Positions 8,542 to 17,161 of a stretch of DNA of 20,000 nucleotides are shown here, piece after piece. Each line of letters starts with the position of its first letter. The first letter of the stretch is position 1. Below the pieces are notes generated by a model. That model had not been told where the DNA came from and did no database searches. It saw nothing but the letters and a program-made list of their open reading frames with translations. Both the position numbers and the translations under genes were made by a program. This DNA is from an uncultured virus (IMG/VR IMGVR_UViG_3300031414_000017) (taxonomy: Duplodnaviria > Heunggongvirae > Uroviricota > Caudoviricetes): IMG/VR virus record IMGVR_UViG_3300031414_000017; one strand, written 5' to 3'.

Positions 8542-9429
8542 ATGGCACTCTATCAACCTTCTAAGGACGTCCTGCTGGCGGCCATTGACGCAGCGAACTC
8601 GTTGACCATCAAGGCAACGGATATCGTCTACAGCGCACCAAAGGACATCAGCGGGACCGAGAAAGGTAACGCAGTAAACCGCAACACCGTGGTGAAAATC
8701 ACGGCTGACGGCGTGGCGGGCTCAATGTGGGCGGGCAAGAAAAACGTTTACTACAACCGCATGAACATCCAAGACCTTGTTATCCTGCTGGGCGATACCC
8801 TGCGCATTGGTCCCTCAAACGCCACGCTGTTTAATGCGATTGTCGGTTTGAACCAACGCTACGGTTTTGCCTTTGAACAGGCTGACTTACAGGATGCGCA
8901 AATCCTCTGGGACACGGACAAGCTGACCGGTACGGTACTGGTCAAAGCCTCGCCGACGTCTCTGGGTTGGCAAGGTCAGTATAACTTCAAAGTGAAACGC
9001 GGCGATGAAACGCTGGTCTCCACCGTGAACACCACTGTGCTGTCCGGTCTGAAGTACCCGAACGACCAGATGGGTTCCGAAACCGTCAGTGCGATTATGG
9101 CGCAGGTCTACTCGTACCCGTTCAACTTCTCCACCTACCGCGACACCTTACTGGGCTTCGCACCGGGTCTGTTGACTGGCACACCACTGACCACCATGAC
9201 CAACCTGCTGAAAGCCATCACCGGCGCAGCATGGGTGGCAACCTCCGCGTCTTCGTGGGGACTGGCGGGTGCCAACGTCGTAAGCGTAGGCTTGAACGAT
9301 CCGGTCAACATGCCGACCAACAGCAAATACAAGTACGTGCTTGTGTTAACACTGCCGGCCACTACCACCAACATCAAAGGTACCCTGTATCTGCAGTTCA
9401 ATGATGTTGACGATCCAAACGAGGTGTAA
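8542..9429 (+). CDS. Putative virion structural/fibre protein, paralog type Z' (295 aa)
   Basis: Start moved to ATG 8542 (MALYQPSK; AGGA SD). Shares TSLGW.G, VYS.P..F, LK..TG.AW, PTN and G.LYL..ND with the 5829 gene. Confidence 0.83.
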   Translation: MALYQPSKDVLLAAIDAANSLTIKATDIVYSAPKDISGTEKGNAVNRNTVVKITADGVAGSMWAGKKNVYYNRMNIQDLVILLGDTLRIGPSNATLFNAIVGLNQRYGFAFEQADLQDAQILWDTDKLTGTVLVKASPTSLGWQGQYNFKVKRGDETLVSTVNTTVLSGLKYPNDQMGSETVSAIMAQVYSYPFNFSTYRDTLLGFAPGLLTGTPLTTMTNLLKAITGAAWVATSASSWGLAGANVVSVGLNDPVNMPTNSKYKYVLVLTLPATTTNIKGTLYLQFNDVDDPNEV

Positions 9430-9432
9430 TCC

Positions 9433-10260
9433 ATGTTGAACTATGCAAAGACCTCGCTCGAGCTGGCCTTCGATCTGATTAACCGGGATAACCCCAATTT
9501 GCCGATTGTGGCAAATGCGCAGAACTGTATGCTCGAAAGCATCACGGCGGTGACGCCGAATGCGGCAAACAACATGCGCAACACCAAAGCCCGTTTACGC
9601 GGGCAGCAGGGTAGTGGGTTCCGTGACCAGATTTGGATTTACTACGACCGTGTGAACATCGTGACGCTGCTACCGTGGGCGAATGCTGCTGCGGCACAGT
9701 TCGTGTCTTTCACCGCACCCAATATCCACGGTGCGCTGGCGGTGATTTTTGATACATACGGCGTGAACTTCGGTACCATGGATTTGACTAACAATGCCAT
9801 GGGCGGTGTCAGTCAGGCTAACTACGCCGCGAACGTGTACTTCCAAGCGTTGCCAAGTTCACCGGCCTACGTCGGTACACAGCTGATGCATTTCAGTCGC
9901 GGTTTGCCCGTATTGGACACGTCGATTACCACTGACGTGCTGGATGCTATCAAGCCACCGATTGACCCGACGTTAAATAAAATGTGTGTGGACATGCTGA
10001 CATTTGGCATCGACTTCACGGCGTACAAGAACCTGCTTACGGTCGACTCTTCGGGGTTACCACAGTGGGCGGGTCTGCGTAAGGTCTTGGATGACTTAGG
10101 GGTACCGTCGTATCGGGCACCGCTGAACTCCAACACCGTGCAGGACGTTGCGACCACGACCGCGCAGTACGCGAACAAAGATTACGACCGCGTTGTTATT
10201 CAGACCGGTATTGATGAAGCTGGCGTAAAAGGCAATGCCTATTACCACTATAACAGCTAA
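9433..10260 (+). CDS. Putative virion structural/fibre protein, paralog type Y''
   Basis: GAGGTG SD; DVLD....P.DP.L....ML..G.DF shared with the 7694 gene; N-terminal RDNPNLP shared with the 10313 and 13714 genes. Confidence 0.83.
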   Translation: MLNYAKTSLELAFDLINRDNPNLPIVANAQNCMLESITAVTPNAANNMRNTKARLRGQQGSGFRDQIWIYYDRVNIVTLLPWANAAAAQFVSFTAPNIHGALAVIFDTYGVNFGTMDLTNNAMGGVSQANYAANVYFQALPSSPAYVGTQLMHFSRGLPVLDTSITTDVLDAIKPPIDPTLNKMCVDMLTFGIDFTAYKNLLTVDSSGLPQWAGLRKVLDDLGVPSYRAPLNSNTVQDVATTTAQYANKDYDRVVIQTGIDEAGVKGNAYYHYNS

Positions 10261-10264
10261 CTCT

Positions 10265-10290
10265 AGGCCCCTCGGGGCCTTTTCTTTTTT
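10265..10290 (+). terminator. Rho-independent terminator
   Basis: AGGCCC-CTCG-GGGCCT then TTTCTTTTTT; separates the two sub-arrays. Confidence 0.85.
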
Positions 10291-10312
10291 GATAGCGGTC
10301 AGGAGTTGAGTT

Positions 10313-11731
10313 ATGCAATTCTATTCAAAGGCGGCGCTGCAGCTGATTTACGATCAGGTGAATCGGGACAACCCGGGACTTCCTGTGCCGCTGTCCGCGA
10401 GTAACGCCGCGTTAACCAAAACACCAGTGGCCATCTCAACCAGCCTCAACGGGCGCAACACGCGTGTGGAGTTTACCGCGTACCCGGGGTCTGGCTTACA
10501 AGGTAGAGTCACCCTCTATTACGACCGCATTGACTTAAGTCAGCTGATTAACTTCACCCCGACCGTCTACATGAAGTCGAGTGTGGCGACACAGCAGGCT
10601 ATGTTAACGTACCTTAATGATGCGCTGGGCTTTAACCTCGGCGCTGGGGACTTGTCAACCCCCACAGCACCCGTCACGGCACCCAATGCTACCGCACAAA
10701 CGCTGACGCTTGCTATCGCATCCGCATCGCCGGCGTTTATCGGGAATCTGGTGTTTAAGTACCAAATCAAATCAGCCGGTTATTACCCGCAGTCGGGGCC
10801 CGGTCCCAAAACGCTGTTGGTCGGGGATAACTTGGCCGGTTACTTCGGTACCGTGGCTGCCTCTGATTTGTTTACTCACGATGAACTCATCGCAGCAGCC
10901 TTCCTTAAAGGTACAAAGCCGACGCTGTATACCGGCACCGAAGGGTGGTACAAGTTCTTCTACAACAGCCAAGTGCTTTACCTGCCGATTACCCCGGTGG
11001 GGTACAACGTCACATGGAACACCTTGTACAACGAAGGGTTGGTCTACGGCACGGACGACAACGGTAAGTTCCCAACTGCCCCAACGGTTAACCAGCTGCG
11101 TATTCTGTCGCACGGTACCGCCAGTGAAGGTAAGTTTTATTACCGAATTCGTCTACCAAGTGCCGGTGCAGACCCGTTCTCCGCTGCCACTGGAATAATA
11201 GCGGCGAGCGAATACCAGGGTAGTGAAGTGCAGATGTTCAACTACCTGAACAACGGTAAGTGGGCGAGCCTGACCAACTCCCAGTGGACGCTTTGGTGCA
11301 TGTTCCAAAACAGCGTGGTGACCAACACCACGATAAGTAAGATGGCAACGCTTGCGCTTCAGAGTTGGACAAACATACTGAAAAACCAAACCGGTGCCAA
11401 CTATTACTGGTTCCCGGTGCTCGAACTGGTTGACACCTCGACCACGTTGTTGGGACTAGACAGCATGTTTGGTCAGATGGACATGAGTCTTAAGACCATT
11501 CCGTTTAGCGTCGACCAGTCGCTGCGGGTCGCCCCAGTCCAACCGGGTAATCCGAAGACTATCGACTTCTTGCCGGTAACCTTTGATATCACGCAATCGC
11601 TGTACGTGAAACCGGTGATACCGGGTGCCCCTAAAACCATCGACTTCCGACCCATTCCGTTCAAAGTCGAGATGTACACGCCGTCCAAGGTTGATTTATC
11701 AGCAACCAATGGCGACCTTGACGATTTCTAA
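10313..11731 (+). CDS. Putative tail-fibre/receptor-binding protein, type A (array N-module, lectin-like domain, C-terminal repeats)
   Basis: AGGAG SD; N-module as in the X/Y/Z genes; then SGPGPKTLLVGD..GYFG, WYKF, RIRLP, WFPVLEL; ends DLSATNGDLDDF. Confidence 0.8.
   Translation: MQFYSKAALQLIYDQVNRDNPGLPVPLSASNAALTKTPVAISTSLNGRNTRVEFTAYPGSGLQGRVTLYYDRIDLSQLINFTPTVYMKSSVATQQAMLTYLNDALGFNLGAGDLSTPTAPVTAPNATAQTLTLAIASASPAFIGNLVFKYQIKSAGYYPQSGPGPKTLLVGDNLAGYFGTVAASDLFTHDELIAAAFLKGTKPTLYTGTEGWYKFFYNSQVLYLPITPVGYNVTWNTLYNEGLVYGTDDNGKFPTAPTVNQLRILSHGTASEGKFYYRIRLPSAGADPFSAATGIIAASEYQGSEVQMFNYLNNGKWASLTNSQWTLWCMFQNSVVTNTTISKMATLALQSWTNILKNQTGANYYWFPVLELVDTSTTLLGLDSMFGQMDMSLKTIPFSVDQSLRVAPVQPGNPKTIDFLPVTFDITQSLYVKPVIPGAPKTIDFRPIPFKVEMYTPSKVDLSATNGDLDDF
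11516..11662 (+). repeat. Intragenic tandem repeat, 78-nt (26-aa) period
   Basis: QSLRVAPVQPGNPKTIDFLPVTF at 11516 and QSLYVKPVIPGAPKTIDFRPIPF at 11594. Confidence 0.85.
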
Positions 11732-11746
11732 TAGAGGCGTAACCGC

Positions 11747-12748
11747 ATGTCATTTACATTGCGCTGGAACAACCCCAATACCATCGCGACGGTGGTTAAC
11801 ATCTATCGCGACACCAAGGACATTTCTGTCACGGCACTGCCGGCTCCTTTAGCCACGCTGAGTAACGGGGAAACGTCTTACCGTGACACCACCGTGGTGG
11901 GTGGACAAACGTACTACTACCTGATGACGGTGACCGCCAACGGTAAAACGGTGGCAACCAGTAGCCAGAAATACACAGTAGCGGTACGTCGTGGGATCGG
12001 TCCGAATACACTGATTTCCGGTGATGACCGGTTGGGCTATTACGGTCCAGTTCCGACTGAGGAACAGTGGTACGGCAGTCAGCTCCCGGCAGGGTTCTTG
12101 GCGGCGTTCCCAACCGCCTTTGCAGCAACCGATCGTGTTCCTTTACAGAAGTTCTGCCGTAACGGCAAAATCTTCTATCTGCTGACGGCGTTCAGTCCCG
12201 GATTTACCACGTGGGCAACGTTGTATCAGAACGGTCTTGTCTACGGCACAGATGACAATGGCCCAGCAAACGGATTTGGGACACTTCCCCCAACACCGCA
12301 GACCGCAAAGATTCTCTCACAAAACGACACCTATCGCATGCGTGTGCCGCGTGGGCTGTCTTCGGTCTCTGCCTCACCTGCCTTTGCCTTTAATGACGCG
12401 TATAAAGACAAGGCGCATGACGACACCGACCTCGTGAGCTTTAATGAGTTCAACGACCTGTTATACCCCATCGTTGTCGATGTGCCGGTGAAGCAACGTG
12501 TGCCGAACGTCTTTCAAACCGCGAGCACTCAACTCGGCATGGCGGGTTTGGGCGCAGGTACCTTCTACCTCAATGGCGGCACCATCTGTATGGAACACGA
12601 TACCGCACAGGATCGTGTAATGCACCGTGGTATCTACACCAGTGCGGCAGGAACTGTGGTAACGCAGTTACAGGCGATACAGCGCATCACGTACGTAGCC
12701 CCATCGCAACAGGGTCGCTACATTCCCATCTTTGAACTGGTAGAGTAA
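11747..12748 (+). CDS. Putative virion receptor-binding protein, type B (FN3/Ig-like N-domain plus lectin-like domain)
   Basis: GAGG SD; FN3-like pattern LRW..VNIYR..YRDTTV..G.TYYY; then G..L..GD..LGYYG; ends IPIFELV. Confidence 0.8.
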   Translation: MSFTLRWNNPNTIATVVNIYRDTKDISVTALPAPLATLSNGETSYRDTTVVGGQTYYYLMTVTANGKTVATSSQKYTVAVRRGIGPNTLISGDDRLGYYGPVPTEEQWYGSQLPAGFLAAFPTAFAATDRVPLQKFCRNGKIFYLLTAFSPGFTTWATLYQNGLVYGTDDNGPANGFGTLPPTPQTAKILSQNDTYRMRVPRGLSSVSASPAFAFNDAYKDKAHDDTDLVSFNEFNDLLYPIVVDVPVKQRVPNVFQTASTQLGMAGLGAGTFYLNGGTICMEHDTAQDRVMHRGIYTSAAGTVVTQLQAIQRITYVAPSQQGRYIPIFELVE

Positions 12749-12757
12749 GGAGCAGGT

Positions 12758-13702
12758 ATGACCATTCGTTTAAGTTGGCCATCGCAGGCTGACAAAGCGT
12801 TGACGTCTATTGAAATCTACCGCAAGGTGGGACACAGCGCAACGATTGATGTTAACAACCCGGGTACCCCAACGGCAACCGTCGCTGGCGATGCAACGCA
12901 ATACATTGAAGACGTGGCGAATCTCACCGAGAAGACCGTCTACACGTATTGGATTGCTGCGGTAAAAGGCACCGAGCGTCTGTTCAGTGCCCCGATCGTG
13001 CAAGGGTTCTATTTGGACACGGGTCCCGGTCCTCAAAAGCTGCTAATGGGTGACTGGTACGCCGGTTACTTTGGGTTTGTGTCGACTGCGGATTTTGCGA
13101 GTCGTGATGACTTGGTAGGTACGCAAGGTGGATTAACTGCCGCGCAGAACGCTGTCTTCACCACAATCCCCGCGGGCAGCGCTTTCACCGGTTGGTATAA
13201 GTTTGTGTTCAAAGGTCGCATTCTGTTCTTCCCGAACAGCTCACATGCAGCCAATAGCATCCCAAACATCTATAACGCCGGCATGGCGTACGGCATCGAC
13301 GGCGTGGGTTCTGTTATTCCAAGCGGCGCGTCGCCGGCAGCAGGCGTTGCCCAAAATGCCATGTTCAGCAAAAACGGGTACAAGTACCGTGTCCGTTTGC
13401 CGTACATTTACGATTATGCGGGCGGCAACGACCAAGAGGCCGGTGAGTGGAAAAACACCTATGCCCGTCTGTTCGCCGTGAGCACGAATTTGTCGGACAG
13501 GGACCAAGGGAAGTTTGCAAGCTTGACGGTTCTGGGAACGTCCGCCAGCCCGAACGTTAACGGCAGTACCGCACTGGTGCCGTTTTACGCACCGACCGTG
13601 ACCTACCACAACTACGCCTATAACCCGCCGGGCTTGGTCACGGACAACAACACGGCGTACACGTGGAACGCAGTGTTTGTCTTTGAGTTAGTCCTACCTT
13701 AA
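12758..13702 (+). CDS. Putative virion receptor-binding protein, type C
   Basis: AAGGAG SD; LSWPS..EIYR..Y.Y N-domain; TGPGP..L.GDW.AG; WYKF; RVRLP..GEW; ends VFELVLP. Confidence 0.8.
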   Translation: MTIRLSWPSQADKALTSIEIYRKVGHSATIDVNNPGTPTATVAGDATQYIEDVANLTEKTVYTYWIAAVKGTERLFSAPIVQGFYLDTGPGPQKLLMGDWYAGYFGFVSTADFASRDDLVGTQGGLTAAQNAVFTTIPAGSAFTGWYKFVFKGRILFFPNSSHAANSIPNIYNAGMAYGIDGVGSVIPSGASPAAGVAQNAMFSKNGYKYRVRLPYIYDYAGGNDQEAGEWKNTYARLFAVSTNLSDRDQGKFASLTVLGTSASPNVNGSTALVPFYAPTVTYHNYAYNPPGLVTDNNTAYTWNAVFVFELVLP

Positions 13703-13713
13703 CGGAGTAAAAC

Positions 13714-15153
13714 ATGGGGCCTTACAGCTACTCGTCGCTGATGCTACTCTGCCGACAAGTAACCCGCGACAACCCCAATCTACCTTACCCTCTCAGCCCC
13801 GATAATGTATTGGTGCTGGGCGGGCCTTTCACGACCTCCCTTGGCACCTCCGGGCGTAATTCCCGGGTGGTGTTAAACGGAAAGAGTGGGGCTGGGTTTG
13901 TAGGGCGTCGCGAATTCTTCTACGACAGACTGGACATTGGTAAATATTTCAATGGTATTACCGTGGTGTTTGATGCCGCCGGCAGCTCGAAGACCTATGC
14001 CGACCTGTTACCGGCACTGAACGAGCAGTACGGGTTAGGCTTACAGGCCACAGACCTCGCCAACGGCTCCACAGCGTTGTCAAACGGGTACACCCCTACA
14101 CCGGTGACCCTGACAATCGCCAGCACCTCTCCGGCCTTTACAGGCAGCCTGAGCGTACAGTGGTCGCGGCTACCGGCGGGTAACTACCCGAACTCCGGAC
14201 CGGGTCGCAAGGCGATGCTGATTGGGGATATGGATGCGGGCTACTTTGGGGTGGTCAGAGCCGATGAGATGGTCGCTGCTCTGGACATCTTCAATGCGGT
14301 GCTCTCGGATGACGCGGGCAGTACACCGGTGGTGAACCCGAACCTGTTCTGGATGAAGTTCGCCTATAAAGGCCAGTTCTTGTTCTTCCCAAGCTACCAC
14401 TTAGGTACGACCTCGTGGAAAGCGCTGTATGAACGTGGCTCGGTTTACGACAGCGACGGTACAGGTAAATGGCCACCTGTGGGCAGTCCGCTCACGAAGC
14501 AGAATCGCTACATCGCGTTGGACTCGCCAGAAGGTGCCGTGGGCTTTGTCCCACGCCTACCGACGTTCGCAGCAAGCGACCCGATTATCGGCCAGCGGGC
14601 ACAAGACGGGGAGTTGTATCAGCTGTTGGGACGTGTCTTCCCGGGAACGTACACCAAAGGCGATTGGGACGGTCTGCACACCGCGACACCCCCGCTTGAC
14701 TACAGCACTGGGTTTCTGTTTCAAACCACCTCTGCCGCTGACGGCTCCACGGTATGGTTCACCTCGATGAATGCCCAGTCGTCATCGAATTTACAGAAAA
14801 CCGGCAATTATGGCTGGCGACCTTTCTTGCGGTTGTTTGACCTGAGTACCGTAACGTTAGCGCTGACGGAAATCCGTGGCACCGTAACACAAAGCCTGCG
14901 TAAACCTACGCTCTTTATTGACCAAAACCGTGACCCCAATATCCCGCTTCGCATGGAGGGCGTGAGAGGGACAATTGACCGTTCGATTAGTAAACCGTAT
15001 CTGATCGCCACTGACAGTGCGCCAGTCTACTCACCGAACAGCGTACGGGGTCGCGCACCGGCAGGGGTTCTGACCCCGCCTGCCTTGCAGATAACAGTCG
15101 TACCGCCTGTGCAATTGAAAAACACAAACGGTAAATTAGACGGATTCAAATAA
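13714..15153 (+). CDS. Putative tail-fibre/receptor-binding protein, type A'
   Basis: GGAG SD; colinear paralog of the 10313 gene (RDNP.LP.PLS, GRN.RV, YDR.D, SPAF.G.L, YP.SGPG.K..L.GD..AGYFG); YGWRPFL; ends TNGKLDGFK. Confidence 0.8.
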   Translation: MGPYSYSSLMLLCRQVTRDNPNLPYPLSPDNVLVLGGPFTTSLGTSGRNSRVVLNGKSGAGFVGRREFFYDRLDIGKYFNGITVVFDAAGSSKTYADLLPALNEQYGLGLQATDLANGSTALSNGYTPTPVTLTIASTSPAFTGSLSVQWSRLPAGNYPNSGPGRKAMLIGDMDAGYFGVVRADEMVAALDIFNAVLSDDAGSTPVVNPNLFWMKFAYKGQFLFFPSYHLGTTSWKALYERGSVYDSDGTGKWPPVGSPLTKQNRYIALDSPEGAVGFVPRLPTFAASDPIIGQRAQDGELYQLLGRVFPGTYTKGDWDGLHTATPPLDYSTGFLFQTTSAADGSTVWFTSMNAQSSSNLQKTGNYGWRPFLRLFDLSTVTLALTEIRGTVTQSLRKPTLFIDQNRDPNIPLRMEGVRGTIDRSISKPYLIATDSAPVYSPNSVRGRAPAGVLTPPALQITVVPPVQLKNTNGKLDGFK

Positions 15154-15164
15154 GGAACAACACC

Positions 15165-16202
15165 ATGGCCTTCCGCCTAACGTGGACTAACCGTAACGTT
15201 ATCGCTAACACGGTGAACATTTACCGTGGCGATGCACCGTTAGACCCTGCAAACCTTCCTGCGCCTATTGGGACGGTCACCAACGGAGACAAGTTCTTCG
15301 TGGATACCACCGCCGTGAGTGGGCAGACGTACTACTACATTCTGGGTACCAAAACCGCGAATGATTTGGTGCTAACACCTAACCAGAAGTTTCTCATCAC
15401 GGATAACCGCGGAGCAGGTACGTCGGTTCTGAAGTACGGTGATGATAACCTCGGTTATTACGGCCCACTTCTCTCGGCTGATTTCTTTAGCAGTGCTGCC
15501 ATTTTAGCTGCTGCTAAATCGACCTCAGGTCTCCCCACTGGTCTCATCACGCCAACATGGCACAAGATGACGCGAAATGGCAAAATCATCTACGTGCCCG
15601 AAACCTCGTTTGGTAATGCCACGTGGCAGTACCTCTATCAGGCAGGACTTGTGTTTGGTGTCGATGCGAACTTCCCAACAGGTGCACCAACATCCGGTCT
15701 GGTCGCCACAAACCAACTGGTGCAGTTGTCGTTGAACGGGGACAATTACAAGGTGCGGTTGCTGCGTGGGGTGTCGGATGGCTCGTTTGCCGGTATCCCC
15801 AATGCTGACTTCTCCCCCCAGATCTCAAATGACACCTACGCGAATGGGCAGAACAACGAGTGGAACGACTTGGTCTATGCGCTCTACAACGTGGTGCCGG
15901 AAAAGCAACGCAGTTTCAACTTTGCCGAAACCAACATCGATACCCTGCTTGGGACACCGTCGTACGAGTACAGTAACTCACAAGCTGCTGAAGCGACACG
16001 TAACCGTACCCGCATCGCGGTGCAGGAACGTACCGATGGTCTTCAAGTGGTTAACCGGGCGGTCAAAAGCCACATCTATTCCAGTGGTACGACCTCACCG
16101 CACACCAAAGACAACTTGTCTGCACAGTGGTGTCAAGCCATAAACTCCAGCATCGTTTGGTTGCCGGTTATTGAGCTCATTGAGCCTACCATCATCGTCT
16201 AA
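15165..16202 (+). CDS. Putative virion receptor-binding protein, type B'
   Basis: AAGGA SD; MAFRLTWTNRNVIANTVNIYR parallels the 11747 gene; GD..LGYYGP; ends WLPVIELI. Confidence 0.8.
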   Translation: MAFRLTWTNRNVIANTVNIYRGDAPLDPANLPAPIGTVTNGDKFFVDTTAVSGQTYYYILGTKTANDLVLTPNQKFLITDNRGAGTSVLKYGDDNLGYYGPLLSADFFSSAAILAAAKSTSGLPTGLITPTWHKMTRNGKIIYVPETSFGNATWQYLYQAGLVFGVDANFPTGAPTSGLVATNQLVQLSLNGDNYKVRLLRGVSDGSFAGIPNADFSPQISNDTYANGQNNEWNDLVYALYNVVPEKQRSFNFAETNIDTLLGTPSYEYSNSQAAEATRNRTRIAVQERTDGLQVVNRAVKSHIYSSGTTSPHTKDNLSAQWCQAINSSIVWLPVIELIEPTIIV

Positions 16203-16211
16203 GGAAAAACC

Positions 16212-17096
16212 ATGGGCATTAAATTGAAGTGGCCTTCCATGGCTGACCAGAACTTGGACGCTGTGGAGGTGTATCGCGGGACAACGCCAATCAGTTCGGC
16301 TAACCCGGGCAACCCGATCGTTACCCTGCCCGGCACGGCAACGGACTACGAGGACAACACAGTCCTGAATAAGTCCATCTACTATTACCGTATCGTGGCA
16401 CGTAAGGGCACCGAGCGGGCATGGGGTGCCAATACCGCCACAGGGTATTTCTCTGAAACCGGTCCGGGTCGAACCACACCATTGCGTGGGGATTGGAATG
16501 CGGGGCTGATGGATATCCTGAACACCACAGACTTTATCACGCCAAACGACTTGGCCGCTAAACTCCCGGTGCTGAATAACTTCGGTGGTCGTGGCAGCTT
16601 TAGCAAGTGGTATAAGTTTTCCTACAAAGGGAAAGTATTGTTCATTCCAGACAGCTACGTGGTATCGGCATCGTGGAATGACCTCTACCTTGCGGGACTG
16701 ATGTTTGGTGAGGCCGGTAACGGTCAAATTCCTGCAGGCACACCTAGCCCAGCAGTGGCTCAACGCACCATCGTCAATATTGGCGGACTGGATTATGTTG
16801 TTCGTGCACCGAAGCTTTCGAATGCACCGTACAGCCAGTACATCACGACTGCCGACACCACGGCCTCTGAGTGGCGTAGCACGATGTCGCGAATGGTCAG
16901 AGCCACGGTTGAAACCCAAGCCGATGCCCTGCCGCGCTTTTACGACAACACAGGCACCCAGTCCACGTTAGGGCCGCACCTGTTCACGTCGGTGGCAGCA
17001 GCGTACCACAACGCCAACAACCCCGCGGTGATTGCCAGTGCCGCATTCCAGACACGCATGGCAACGTACCTTGTGTTTGAACTTGTGATGCCGTAG
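16212..17096 (+). CDS. Putative virion receptor-binding protein, type C'
   Basis: AAGGA SD; I.L.WPS.AD..L..E.YR, KGTER, TGPG..L.GDW.AG and terminal VFELV.P parallel the 12758 gene. Confidence 0.8.
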   Translation: MGIKLKWPSMADQNLDAVEVYRGTTPISSANPGNPIVTLPGTATDYEDNTVLNKSIYYYRIVARKGTERAWGANTATGYFSETGPGRTTPLRGDWNAGLMDILNTTDFITPNDLAAKLPVLNNFGGRGSFSKWYKFSYKGKVLFIPDSYVVSASWNDLYLAGLMFGEAGNGQIPAGTPSPAVAQRTIVNIGGLDYVVRAPKLSNAPYSQYITTADTTASEWRSTMSRMVRATVETQADALPRFYDNTGTQSTLGPHLFTSVAAAYHNANNPAVIASAAFQTRMATYLVFELVMP

Positions 17097-17105
17097 CAAA
17101 TAAAT

Positions 17106-17149
17106 AAAAAAGACTACTCTCCCCGAAGGGAGAGTAGCTTTTACTTTTT
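17106..17149. terminator. Bidirectional intrinsic terminator between convergent genes
   Basis: A-run, CTACTCTCCC-CGAA-GGGAGAGTAG, T-run; the loop reads UUCG on the minus strand. Confidence 0.9.
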
Positions 17150-17161
17150 GTGCCTAACAGG

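Noticed and set aside
16095..16919. 274-aa antisense ORF
   Set aside because: Overlaps two well-supported paralog genes; Arg/Cys-rich shadow composition.
10313..17096. Diversity-generating retroelement acting on the lectin-like genes
   Set aside because: No reverse transcriptase ORF and no near-identical repeat pair with adenine-specific mismatches seen by eye; one outside the window cannot be excluded.
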